Shown here: positions 55,024 to 64,000 of the stretch, in pieces
Position numbering within the stretch: position 1 is the first letter of the stretch
Layout of the letters: each line of letters starts with the position of its first letter
Assembly (NCBI GenBank): GCA_963845195.1
Contig: CAWJRH010000004.1
Span: forward strand, 1,638,104 to 1,702,103
Length of the DNA stretch: 64,000 bases
Direction: 5' to 3'
Source: an uncultured delta proteobacterium
Lineage (GTDB): Bacteria; Myxococcota_A; Polyangia; Polyangiales; Houyiibacteriaceae
Made by a program: the position numbers and the translations under genes
Notes under the pieces: model-generated
What the model saw: only the letters and a program-made list of their open reading frames with translations
The model's database searches: none
Told to the model about the DNA's origin: nothing

Positions 55024-56436
55024 ATGGCCAAAGAATACGAAGCGATTGTGATTGGTGGGGGTCCCGGCGGCTACGTGGCCGCGATTCGTCTGGCGCAGCT
55101 GGGGGTCAAGACCCTCTGTGTCGAAGAAGAGGCGATGGGTGGCGTCTGCCTCAACTGGGGCTGCATCCCATCCAAGGCGCTCATCGCGGCAGCGAATCTC
55201 GCCAACAAGGTGCGCAATGCGCAGCACATGGGCATCACCGTCAAAGACCTCGAGGTCGACGTCTCGAAGATGCAGGAATGGAAAGAGGGCATCGTCAAGA
55301 AGCTCACGAGCGGCGTGGCGAGTCTAGTCAAAGGCAACGGCGGCGACATCGCGATGGGCAGAGCGACCCTTCTCGACCCGAATACGGTCGAAGTCACCGA
55401 CGCAGCAGGCAAGAAAGAAGCCTACACGGCCACCAAAGGCATCATCGTCGCGACGGGCACGCAGATGATTCAGATCCCGGGCTTTGAGCCGGATGGCGAG
55501 ATCGTCATCACGGCTCGTGAAGCCGTGAGTCTACAGGAAGCGCCGAAGAGCATGGTGCTGATCGGCGGCGGCGTCATCGGACTCGAGCTGGGCATGGTGT
55601 ACCAAAAGCTCGGGACCAAGATCACCGTCGTCGAACTGATGGACCAACTGCTGCCTGGGACGGACCGCGACCTGGTCCGTGTGGTCGAGAAGCATCTCAA
55701 GAAGGGCGAGCCAGCAGCGGAGGTGCATCTCGAGAGCAAGGCGATCAAGCTCGACAAGACCGGACCGCTCGTCCAGGTGACCATCGAAACCAAGGGCAAA
55801 CAGCAGGTCGTCGAAGCCGAGAAAGTACTGGTCGCCGTCGGGTTCCGGCCCAACTCCGCGGGCCTCGGTCTCGAGAAGCTCGGTGTCGCGCTCGACGAGC
55901 GAGGCCACATCAAGACCGATGACCAGTTCCGGACCAATGTGCCGACCGTCTTCGCGATCGGAGACGTCGCGGGTGCGCCCTACCTGGCGCACAAAGCCTC
56001 GAAAGAGGGAGAGGTCGCCGCCGAGGTCATCGCAGGCCATAAGACCGTACGCGATTGGCGCGGGATGCCGGCGGCTATCTTCACCGACCCGGAAATCGCC
56101 ACGGTCGGTCTCACCGAAAACGAGGCCAAGGCGCAGGGCAAGAAGATCAAGATCGGGAAGTTCCCATTCGCGGCCTCGGGTCGCGCGATGGCGGTCAGCG
56201 AAACCGACGGATTCGTCAAGACGATCATCGACGCCGACGACAACCAACTCCTCGGGGTCGCAATCGTCGGGCCCGAAGCGAGCGATCTGATCAGCGAGTC
56301 GACCTTGGCGCTCGAGATGAGCGCCTTTGCCGAGGACGTGGCGCTCACTGTGCATCCGCATCCGACGCTCGGCGAGAGCGTCATGGAAGCCTTCAAGAGC
56401 TCGCTTGGCGAAGCGATTCACATCATGAACCGCTAG
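55024..56436 (+). CDS. lpdA: dihydrolipoyl dehydrogenase
   Basis: Motifs are GGGPGGYVAAIR and the redox-active GGVCLNWGCIPSK. The protein is 470 aa. Confidence 0.95.
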   Translation: MAKEYEAIVIGGGPGGYVAAIRLAQLGVKTLCVEEEAMGGVCLNWGCIPSKALIAAANLANKVRNAQHMGITVKDLEVDVSKMQEWKEGIVKKLTSGVASLVKGNGGDIAMGRATLLDPNTVEVTDAAGKKEAYTATKGIIVATGTQMIQIPGFEPDGEIVITAREAVSLQEAPKSMVLIGGGVIGLELGMVYQKLGTKITVVELMDQLLPGTDRDLVRVVEKHLKKGEPAAEVHLESKAIKLDKTGPLVQVTIETKGKQQVVEAEKVLVAVGFRPNSAGLGLEKLGVALDERGHIKTDDQFRTNVPTVFAIGDVAGAPYLAHKASKEGEVAAEVIAGHKTVRDWRGMPAAIFTDPEIATVGLTENEAKAQGKKIKIGKFPFAASGRAMAVSETDGFVKTIIDADDNQLLGVAIVGPEASDLISESTLALEMSAFAEDVALTVHPHPTLGESVMEAFKSSLGEAIHIMNR

Positions 56437-56445
56437 GCCACGATC

Positions 56446-57102
56446 GTGCTGTTCTGCAAGCTCGGAACCGTCGACTACGGAACCGCACACGACCTACAGC
56501 AGCGCCTGCAACGGCTGCGCATCGCGGGCGAGATTCCGGACACGGTGCTTCTGCTCGAACACGAACCCGTCATCACACTCGGCCGATCCGCACACGAGCA
56601 GAACATGCTCGTTCCACAAGACGCACTTCGGGCACAGGGCATCGGAGTCTACGAGGTCGGACGCGGCGGCGACGTGACCTATCACGGACCCGGCCAACTG
56701 GTTGCCTATCCGATCCTCGACCTCAGCCCCGACCGGCGAGACGTCCGCAAGTACGTCTGGTCGCTCGAAGAAGCGATGATTCGCACCTGCAACACCTTCA
56801 GCGTCACGGCTTCGCGTATCCATGGCCTCAACGGTGCATGGGTGGAGGACCGCAAGATCGGAGCCGTCGGCGTTCGCATCAGCCGCTGGGTGACGATGCA
56901 CGGTCTCGCCTTGAACGTCAGCACCGACCTCTCCGCCTTCGATCTCATCGTTCCGTGCGGCATCGTCGACAAGGAGGTCACCTCCCTAACGCGGGAACAC
57001 GCAGCCCCCGTGGAAGTGGAGGCCGTGTTCGAGCCGCTCGCCGGACATCTTGCATCTCTCTTCGAAGCCCCGGTCGAATGGCAGGACGGGCCGCCCGCCT
57101 AG
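56446..57102 (+). CDS. lipB: lipoyl(octanoyl) transferase
   Basis: The pattern RGGDVTYHGPGQLVAYPILDL...KIGAVGVR is present. It uses a GTG start. Confidence 0.95.
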   Translation: MLFCKLGTVDYGTAHDLQQRLQRLRIAGEIPDTVLLLEHEPVITLGRSAHEQNMLVPQDALRAQGIGVYEVGRGGDVTYHGPGQLVAYPILDLSPDRRDVRKYVWSLEEAMIRTCNTFSVTASRIHGLNGAWVEDRKIGAVGVRISRWVTMHGLALNVSTDLSAFDLIVPCGIVDKEVTSLTREHAAPVEVEAVFEPLAGHLASLFEAPVEWQDGPPA

Positions 57103-57112
57103 TAGGCCGAGT

Positions 57113-58171
57113 TCACCCTGAACTCGGTCCAGTCCGCAAGAAGTACTGCACGGCACTCTGCCCCATCGCCGTGGTCCCGGCTCCGGCGACGCCCGCAGAG
57201 ATGGCGTTACCCGCCCCCGGAATGAACTTTGCGACAGTCTGTGCGGCGAATCTCAGGCCCATTCCCATGCCGCCTACGATCCCGAGACCCGCGATCCACT
57301 CGGCTACCGTCCGCGGCCCGAGTGTCCGGCCACTGAGATACGCAAGCGCACTCACCATCATCGCCTGCAGCGGGCCGAGCACCACCATGTCGGAAAACGG
57401 AATCGGGGTGACGCCGATGGTGACCGAGATCGCCGTGCAGGTCTGGACGATCTCGTTCCCGATTCGAATGCGCGCCTGCTTGGCACGGGTAAGCGCCCGC
57501 GCCGTTTCGATCTGCGCCTCGTCCGGGAGCGCCGAGACGATCGCCTCCGAAAGCCCCGTGAGTCCGTGCTCGGAGATCGCCGAGACCGTACGCGGCGGAT
57601 CGGCCTGGATCGACGAGGCGCGAATGGCGCTTGCCAACTGTCGCCGGGCGCTCTCGATGTCGCCCTCGTCGGTACCGATCAGGTCGCAGTGGGTGAGCAA
57701 CGGGAAAATCCGCGTCTTCGACTCCCCCGGTGGGAGGCTCCGAAGCAGGGGTCTACAGCGGTCGAGGATCTCCGATGCCCGCGGCAGCTTCGACGGCTCC
57801 ACCATCAGTAGTACCAGATCGGGGGTGTGTTGATCGAGGGCCGCCTCCCATCGTGCCTGGACGTCGGGCGCATCGACGTCGACTTCCATCCAGTCGATCT
57901 TCGCGCCGACGTGCTCGATATGGACCCATTGCCCATGTTCGGCGTGGAGCGCGTCTTGGGCCGCACCGCGCTGGACGAGCGAGCGCAGCAGGGATGACCG
58001 ACCGCTACTTGGAAGGCCCAACGCGACGATGCGCGGCGGGCGACGATCGTAGAGTAGCGAGCGAAGGCGGGTGAGGTCGTTCTTGATACTGGATACGATC
58101 GGAACTCGGTCGAGCACCTTGACGAGCTGATCGAGCGCGAACCTCTTGAGCGTGCGTGCCATAGGGGCCAA
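57113..58171 (-). CDS. GTPase-like domain + DUF697-type membrane domain protein (degenerate P-loop)
   Basis: The G1-like motif GLPSSGRSS has Arg in place of the P-loop Lys. The G4-like motif is THCD. The C-terminal Gly/Ala-rich hydrophobic region (IPFSDMVVLGPLQAMMV...GAGNAISAGVAGAGT) looks like YcjF/DUF697. Confidence 0.65.
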   Translation of the reverse strand: MAPMARTLKRFALDQLVKVLDRVPIVSSIKNDLTRLRSLLYDRRPPRIVALGLPSSGRSSLLRSLVQRGAAQDALHAEHGQWVHIEHVGAKIDWMEVDVDAPDVQARWEAALDQHTPDLVLLMVEPSKLPRASEILDRCRPLLRSLPPGESKTRIFPLLTHCDLIGTDEGDIESARRQLASAIRASSIQADPPRTVSAISEHGLTGLSEAIVSALPDEAQIETARALTRAKQARIRIGNEIVQTCTAISVTIGVTPIPFSDMVVLGPLQAMMVSALAYLSGRTLGPRTVAEWIAGLGIVGGMGMGLRFAAQTVAKFIPGAGNAISAGVAGAGTTAMGQSAVQYFLRTGPSSG

Positions 58172-58208
58172 TTGATTCGTCGTACGCGCTAGGCGCGCAA
58201 CCCGAGTC

Positions 58209-59379
58209 GTGTTAATCTCGCCGGCGGGGGCAAGGGTGAGCTGGGTCGAGGCTTTGAAGAAGGTCGGGGGGCGTCTCGTCGAGGGCGCGAGCGAGTTCGT
58301 GCGCTGGCAGGCTCTCGATTCACCGGAAGCGGGCCCCTCGGGCGTTCGATGGCTCGCCGAACGAATTGATTGGTTTCTCGAACAGGAGCCCGACGACGAG
58401 GTCGACGGCCGCTTTGTCGAGGGTGCCGGGGCGTTCCTCGGGGTTCTGCTGATCGACCATCTGGGCGGCCGTGCCCAGATTCACGAGGGGGCCCACCGCG
58501 TTCAGCTCGGTCGATACGGCTGGTTCGATCCTTTCCACGCGATCGAGCAGGCGCTGGACGCCGAAAACCCACGGCAGAGCCTCTCGGAGTCCCTGGTCGC
58601 TGCGGAGCGCGAGGCGACCGGAACCGGCGACATCTCTCGGGTGGTTTCGCTATTCGCGAAGGTACTCGCCGACGAGCGTCCGGGGGTCGAAATCGAGTCT
58701 CAGGTCGGTCTCGCGGTCGACCTGAGCAACGGTGCGACAGTCGATTCTCGCAAGGCTCGAGAAGGTCTCCCAGGCGGGAGAGGCCCACGTCGCCGTCGAG
58801 GCGGCAAGACGTATCGTGAGTATGATGCCAGGCGCATCCGGACCCGAGGAGACCGATTGGTCGGAAGCACGGCTGCGCATCCTTCCGCGATTGGTGTCTC
58901 AGAGCTTCCTCGGCACGATCCCCCACGAAGAGGGTCTCTTTCGTCAGGCCCTCGGACACGATGTCCACATCACCCTGCAGCTTCGCTACGGAACACGCGC
59001 GCGCTATGTGCGACGCGCCGAGGTCGAGCACTGGGGACTTGGCGAAGGCGCGATCGGACATGCGGTACTCAACCTTGCCGAACGCACCCGAGAACTCCGC
59101 GTCGAGCCCGTCGAAGACGGCCTCCTGCGCGTGCGCCAGGGCGACGGGCTGGACGGGTCGCGACTGATCCTCCCCGATCTCGCTGCGCGACTCCAAACCC
59201 TCGGTGGCGGGGACTGGCTGGCCGCCGCGCCCCATCGCGACGTTCTGCTCCTCGCCCGTGCAGAGCAACTCCCGACGCTCGCTGCGCGCGCGCAGGACGC
59301 GTCTGAGCGCGCACCGCACCCAATCTCAGCAGCGGTTTTCGCCGTGCGCGAAAACCAGCTTCGTCCGGTCACTGCTTGA
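58209..59379 (+). pseudogene. conserved hypothetical protein (C-terminal half tentatively DUF1444/UPF0354-like) split by a +1 frameshift near 58742-58751
   Basis: Frame 58209 (alternative start GTG 58236) reads sensibly to ...LAVDLSNGATVD and then turns into 190 aa of Arg-rich nonsense. Frame 58732..59379 reads ILARLEKVSQAGEAHVAVEAARRIV... to a clean stop. That frame is closed by a TGA at 58723-58725 just upstream. Confidence 0.5.
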
Positions 59380-59452
59380 GGCAGCTACGGGTTACCGGGC
59401 TCCGCGCGCCGCAGCGTGTGCATCGAACCGAGAACGGGTCACACTACCGGCT

Positions 59453-62251
59453 GTGGCCGAAATCGTCTCCCTGCGCGACCACCCGTACGCGCCTTTCGTC
59501 GACCGGGTGCGCAAACCTGCGCAGTACCTAGGCGGCGAGCAGGGCGAGGTCCGAAAAGACTGGGACGCGGTGGACTGCCGTCTCTGTCTCGCGTTTCCCG
59601 ACCTCTACGAGATCGGCATGAGCCATCTCGGCTACAAGATCCTCTACGACGTCGTCAATCGCGACCCGAGATTCACCGCAGAGCGAGCCTACGCAGCATG
59701 GCCGGACATGGAAGCCGAACTCCGCGCTCATAGGCAGCCGCTGTGCTCCCTCGAGAGCGCACACGCCCTCCGTGAGTTCGATATCGTGGGCTTCTCCCTG
59801 CAGTACGAACTCACCTATACCAACGTCCTGCAGATCCTCGACCTCGGACAGATCCCCCTTCTTGGAAGCGACCGCACCGAAGGCGACCCGCTGATTGTCG
59901 CGGGCGGTCCGACGGCGACTCACGCCGAGCCCATGGCGCCGTTCATCGACGCGTTTCTCATCGGCGACGGGGAGAAAAAGCTGCCTGAACTGATGGAAGC
60001 CTGGGCAACGATGCGCGACCAAGGACTCACTCGGCACGAGCGATTGGTGCGCATCGCCTCACTTGACGCCTTCTACGTCCCCTCGCTCTACCGGACCGAA
60101 CGTTGTCCCGAAACTCAGGTGGACGTAGTGGTTGCCGATCATCCCGACGCACCCTTCCCGGTTCGACGGGAAATCCTCGAAAGCCTCGATGACCACCCCT
60201 TCCCCGTCGACGGGCCGGTCCCGCACTGTGACACCGTCTTCGACCGTGCCTCAGTCGAGATTGCGCGCGGGTGTACCGAAGGATGTCGCTTCTGCCAGGC
60301 GGGGATGATCTATCGACCCGTTCGTGAGAGGTCGCCCACGGCAATCGTCGATGCGATGGTCGAAACCGTCTCGGAAGCAGGCTATGACGAAGCCTCTCTC
60401 ACGTCGCTCTCGACCGCAGACTACAGCGCCATTGCTCCGCTTGTACGGCGGGCGGTCGAAGCGCTGGGGCCTAAGCAGGTCTCTCTCAGCGTTTCTTCAC
60501 TTCGAGCCTACGGACTCGGCGAGGAAGTGCTCGACGACCTCAAGAGCCAGCGCGCCGGAGGCCTGACGTTCGCGCCCGAAGCGGGCAGTCAACGGATGCG
60601 GGACGTCATCAATAAGAACGTCACCGACGCCCAGCTCATGGAGACCGCCGAACGCGTGTTTTCTCGTGGCTGGAGCAAGATGAAGCTCTACTTCATGATC
60701 GGCCTTCCGACCGAAGAAGACGAGGACGTCGCGGCAATCGTCGATTCGGGGGCACGCGCACTCGGGGTCGCCCGCCGGGTTCAGGGGAACCGCCGCGCCA
60801 AGGTCACGGTGAGCGTATCGACTCACGTCCCAAAACCGCACACCCCCTTCCAATGGTGTGCGATGGACACTCACGACGAGATCCTCCGCAAGCAGGCGCT
60901 CCTGACCGCCCAGGCGACGAGCACCGGGGTGAGGCTCAGGATGCACAGCTCCCGGGGGTCTTGGCTCGAAGGAATGCTCGCCCGGGGCGACCGACGTCTC
61001 GCGCCGGCGATTGCGTCTGCCTTTCGACACGGCGCGCGCTTCGACTCGTGGGACGAACACCTCAATCTCGACGCCTGGAACGAAGCGATTCGCGAGACCA
61101 AGGTGCGGCCGGATCTCTACCTCGGAACCATTCCAGTGACGGCGAGGCTCCCCTGGGATCACATCGACGTCGGTCTCGCGCCGGGCTTTCTCGCGCGTGA
61201 ATACCGCAAGGCCCTTCGCAACCGGCTAAGTCCTCCCTGCGGCAAGACATTCGGCAGCTTCGTGCACGCCACCAACATCGAAGACGCACGGGCCGACGCG
61301 CGGCCTCTGGTTTGCTACCAATGCGGCGTCGCCTGCGACCTTTCGCAGATGCGTGAAGAGCGCGTCGACTTTCTTCGCGACATGGAGGCGCTGACTCCGC
61401 GGACGCGGCTCCCGCTGGCCGAGCAGCACGACCACGCGCTCGAGGTCGACCGACGACCGTTCCGCAACGTCAATCAGGGTCCTGCGGTGAGACTCCGTCT
61501 CGGGTACACCAAGCTAGGGCGCGCTGCATACGGGTCCCACCTCGATATGGTGCGGAACTTTCCCCGTATGTTGCGTCGGGTGGGCCTGCCACTCTACTAC
61601 AGCGAAGGGTTTCGTCCGCTCCCGAAAATGACGTTCGGTCCCGCCCTGCCCGTCGGTACGTCGAGTCTTGCAGAGCACGTCGACATTCGACTCCGGGGCG
61701 ACGAACTCGGTGACATCGAGCAACTCACTGAGCGCCTGAATGCCGTGGCTCTGTCGGGGCTCGAGTTCTTCGGGCACGCCTTCCTGGGAACGCGCGACCG
61801 TGCCCTCAACCGGGTCATTGACGAAATCGAATATATCGTGGGCCTTTCCCCGAACGAGCTCCACCAGCTTGGCGCCGAGAACGCCGCCGAGCTGTCGACG
61901 CGGCTCGCCGTCACCCCGCAACCCCTCAGCGTGTGGAGGGACCTCAACGGCCTCGGCAAGCGCATCGACGTGGGGGCCGCACTGGCCGAGATCGCCGTGG
62001 GCGAAGGAGGCCGGGAACTCTCTGCTGCCGGGCTTCGGGGCGACCTGACTCCGGTACGCATACTGCTTCGTCTCGGCGGCGCAACGACGCCCCGCCCACG
62101 GGAAGTCCTCACTGCGCTCACCGGGGTCGACGACATTTTTCCCCGCGTGGTGCGGACCGCCTTCTACAGCCGCCAGGACGCACGGCGCGTCTCCCCCCTC
62201 GACCTCCAGGGTTTGCGGCAACCGCGAGCAGAGCAGGAGGCGACGCCGTGA
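59453..62251 (+). CDS. B12-binding-like/radical SAM protein fused to a DUF2344-like C-terminal domain (TIGR03960+TIGR03936-type fusion)
   Basis: GTG 59453 opens AEIVSLRDHPYAPFVDRVRKPAQYLGGE. The radical SAM cluster motif is RGCTEGCRFCQAG. The C-terminal part RLRLGYTKLGRAAYGSHLDMVRNFPRMLRR resembles DUF2344. The upstream part of ORF 59204.. overlaps the previous gene. Confidence 0.85.
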   Translation: MAEIVSLRDHPYAPFVDRVRKPAQYLGGEQGEVRKDWDAVDCRLCLAFPDLYEIGMSHLGYKILYDVVNRDPRFTAERAYAAWPDMEAELRAHRQPLCSLESAHALREFDIVGFSLQYELTYTNVLQILDLGQIPLLGSDRTEGDPLIVAGGPTATHAEPMAPFIDAFLIGDGEKKLPELMEAWATMRDQGLTRHERLVRIASLDAFYVPSLYRTERCPETQVDVVVADHPDAPFPVRREILESLDDHPFPVDGPVPHCDTVFDRASVEIARGCTEGCRFCQAGMIYRPVRERSPTAIVDAMVETVSEAGYDEASLTSLSTADYSAIAPLVRRAVEALGPKQVSLSVSSLRAYGLGEEVLDDLKSQRAGGLTFAPEAGSQRMRDVINKNVTDAQLMETAERVFSRGWSKMKLYFMIGLPTEEDEDVAAIVDSGARALGVARRVQGNRRAKVTVSVSTHVPKPHTPFQWCAMDTHDEILRKQALLTAQATSTGVRLRMHSSRGSWLEGMLARGDRRLAPAIASAFRHGARFDSWDEHLNLDAWNEAIRETKVRPDLYLGTIPVTARLPWDHIDVGLAPGFLAREYRKALRNRLSPPCGKTFGSFVHATNIEDARADARPLVCYQCGVACDLSQMREERVDFLRDMEALTPRTRLPLAEQHDHALEVDRRPFRNVNQGPAVRLRLGYTKLGRAAYGSHLDMVRNFPRMLRRVGLPLYYSEGFRPLPKMTFGPALPVGTSSLAEHVDIRLRGDELGDIEQLTERLNAVALSGLEFFGHAFLGTRDRALNRVIDEIEYIVGLSPNELHQLGAENAAELSTRLAVTPQPLSVWRDLNGLGKRIDVGAALAEIAVGEGGRELSAAGLRGDLTPVRILLRLGGATTPRPREVLTALTGVDDIFPRVVRTAFYSRQDARRVSPLDLQGLRQPRAEQEATP

Positions 62252-62862
62252 GCGATCGGCTCAACGTGCTTCGCAGCCTCCTCCGGGGCGCCGCCGATCG
62301 GGTGCTCGATCGAGCCGGCGACACACGGATCGCGCGAGCAACCCGTGACGTGCTCGAGCGCATGACCCAACAGCGCTGGCGCCTGAGCGACGATGCGCTG
62401 ACGACTGCCGCCGCGCACGCCGAGGGCGTCGATTCGGCCATGGTGATTTGTCGAAGCGGACGGATTTTCGTCGACGCTTCGCTTGCTACCGGTCGCGACG
62501 TGCAGTTCAGTCTCGGGCCACTGCCGGTTCGGTTCGCACCCCGAGGCGCGAAAGAAATCTCGTTTGACGTAGAGCCGCCCGGCGCGATGGATGGATCGAT
62601 CGTGGGCGCTCTTGGCGCATGCATCGCGCGCGCGACCTGGCCGATGATCATGCCTCCCGACACCCGCGACGTGGGATGCGCCATCGTGGAACGTGAAGCA
62701 CCGGACCGCGTGCGAATCGATCTGCGAACGGTCCCAGCCGTGCGGCGCTTCGCATCGAGCGGTCCAGCATCGATGATTTTCGACGTGCTCGAGCTCGAGT
62801 CGATTCAGGTGGAGACCGGCAGCCTCACTCTCAAACTGAAGCTTCCGCAGATGGCGCCATGA
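62248..62862 (+). CDS. hypothetical protein, translationally coupled to the radical SAM gene
   Basis: GTG 62248 overlaps the upstream stop codon (GTGA). The 204-aa product has no family I recognise. Its 3' end overlaps convergent glpD by 32 nt. Confidence 0.5.
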   Translation: MSDRLNVLRSLLRGAADRVLDRAGDTRIARATRDVLERMTQQRWRLSDDALTTAAAHAEGVDSAMVICRSGRIFVDASLATGRDVQFSLGPLPVRFAPRGAKEISFDVEPPGAMDGSIVGALGACIARATWPMIMPPDTRDVGCAIVEREAPDRVRIDLRTVPAVRRFASSGPASMIFDVLELESIQVETGSLTLKLKLPQMAP

Positions 62863-64000
62863 CGGCAGCGCTCGATTCGCCGCGCCACCGTCGAGACAGG
62901 GCGACCTCGGCGCGATAGTCCGCGATCGACCTCTCTTTTTCGGCCCCACTCCACCCGATGAGCACTGCCATTCGGTCGGCCACGCGATCGACGGCACCGA
63001 GACCCTGATCGACGTCACGATAGAACAGCTGGGTGCGGCGCACCATGACGTCGGACACGTTGGCGGCGAACTCTTCTTCGACGCCCCAATCAACCTGGGC
63101 CATGATTTCAGGCCGGCCGCGTACGATTGGCTCGCAAAGCGACTGGTCCTGCGCACAGCGCGTCGCGATCTCCAACGCACGCATGCCGTAGGTCTCGGCC
63201 AAATGCAGACACACCCGGTCTTCGAGTCGTCCCTGCGAAAGGGTCGCGACCTCTCCCGCGACCTTCGCCTTGGCGTCTTCCTCAGGCCAGCCGACGCCCC
63301 CCGGAAGAGGGAATTTGAAGGTCTGGGCGGAGTGGAGGTCGGCAGGCAGCTCGTCGCAGAGCTTTAGAAGCTGGACCGCCGTATCCACCGCCTCTTTGGC
63401 CATCTTGCGGTACGTCGTGAGCTTGCCGCCGGCAATCGTGATCAACCCGTCCTCTCCGACGACGATCCGGTGCTCGCGGCTGATCTTCGATTCGGCGACG
63501 TCGCCGATCTCGGGCGATGGAGCGATGAGCGGCCGGAGCCCGGCCCACGTGGATATCACGTCTTCGGGCCCGATGGGGTTGTCCGGGAAGTGATGGTTCG
63601 CGGCAGCGATGAGATAGTCGACGTCTCGTTGCGTCGCATGGACTTCCGAAGGCGACGCGTCGTCATCGGTGTCGGTCGTTCCAATGTAGGCACGATCGCC
63701 CCAAGGGAGCGCGAACAGCACTCGACGGTCCTCTGGGTGGAAAAGCACGACGACGTGCTGCACTGGGAGCCGCTTGGCGTCGACCACGATGTGTACGCCC
63801 TTGGTCGGTCGCAGGAGGCGCCCGGAGCGGGGTCCGCTCATCCCAAGCACTTCGTCCGTCCAGGGGCCGGTCGCGTTGATGACCGCGCTGGCCGCGACTT
63901 CCACGACCTGACCGGTGCGGTGGTCGTTCACCACCACTCCCGACACGCGACCGCGATCGTCTTTGCGGATCGCGTCGACGCGCGCCCAGCTAACGATGCT
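62831..64000 (-). CDS. glpD: FAD-dependent glycerol-3-phosphate dehydrogenase, C-terminal ~390 aa (N-terminus beyond the window end)
   Basis: Patterns are INATGPWTDEV, TKGVHIVV, WAGLRPLI and GGKLTTYRKMAKEAVD. The frame remains open upstream of M63946 to position 64000. Confidence 0.85.
   Translation of the reverse strand, partial: SIVSWARVDAIRKDDRGRVSGVVVNDHRTGQVVEVAASAVINATGPWTDEVLGMSGPRSGRLLRPTKGVHIVVDAKRLPVQHVVVLFHPEDRRVLFALPWGDRAYIGTTDTDDDASPSEVHATQRDVDYLIAAANHHFPDNPIGPEDVISTWAGLRPLIAPSPEIGDVAESKISREHRIVVGEDGLITIAGGKLTTYRKMAKEAVDTAVQLLKLCDELPADLHSAQTFKFPLPGGVGWPEEDAKAKVAGEVATLSQGRLEDRVCLHLAETYGMRALEIATRCAQDQSLCEPIVRGRPEIMAQVDWGVEEEFAANVSDVMVRRTQLFYRDVDQGLGAVDRVADRMAVLIGWSGAEKERSIADYRAEVALSRRWRGESSAAVMAPSAEASV

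Noticed and set aside
58189-59319. 376-aa minus-strand ORF
   Set aside because: Its composition is extremely rich in Arg/Pro/Ser. It lies antisense to the two-frame gene 58209..59379 and has no recognisable motifs.
1-64000. Search for tRNA, rRNA, riboswitches, integrases, transposases, and toxin-antitoxin or phage-defence gene sets
   Set aside because: I could not recognise any of these by eye. The intergenic regions are short, and the longest (3499-3867, 6644-6940, 9275-9504) look like promoter regions. Covariance-model scans (tRNAscan-SE, Infernal) would be needed to exclude small RNAs.

Overview
GC-rich bacterial chromosomal segment with strong G/C at third codon positions and genes densely packed on both strands. 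I recognised no rRNA, tRNA, CRISPR array, transposase or integrase. Cys-rich repeat lipoproteins and many two-component genes suggest a Myxococcota/Bradymonadia-like organism, but that is inference only. All family calls come from motifs read by eye in the supplied ORF translations; no BLAST or HMM search was possible.

- **Region 1-19.1 kb (accessory island):** reads as a beta-1,3-glucan (laminarin or fungal-wall glucan) utilisation locus. It holds two GH16 laminarinases, two GH17 enzymes, and two clan GH-A TIM-barrel glycosidases, one of them fused to a predicted outer-membrane beta-barrel. It also holds a CBM9-like protein, two large paralogous Cys-repeat/CBM lipoproteins, a ROK regulator and a GPH-family sugar:cation symporter. 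Most secreted members carry lipoprotein signal peptides.
- **Region 19.2-23.7 kb (envelope cluster):** a Met-rich secreted protein, an OmpA-like lipoprotein, a YafK/DpaA-like YkuD protein, a Braun-lipoprotein (Lpp)-like gene ending in Lys, and a LysM-YkuD L,D-transpeptidase.
- **Remainder (core metabolism and signalling):** comEC, fumC, argH, lysA, fabH-like, mtnA, gatCAB, a fatty-acid beta-oxidation pair, gloA, lpdA, lipB and partial glpD, plus three signalling proteins.
- **Oddities in the remainder:** a TRASH-domain P1B-ATPase homolog that has lost every catalytic motif, and two clear +1 frameshifts (with a possible third). The two clear ones sit on the identical 10-mer in the same codon phase.
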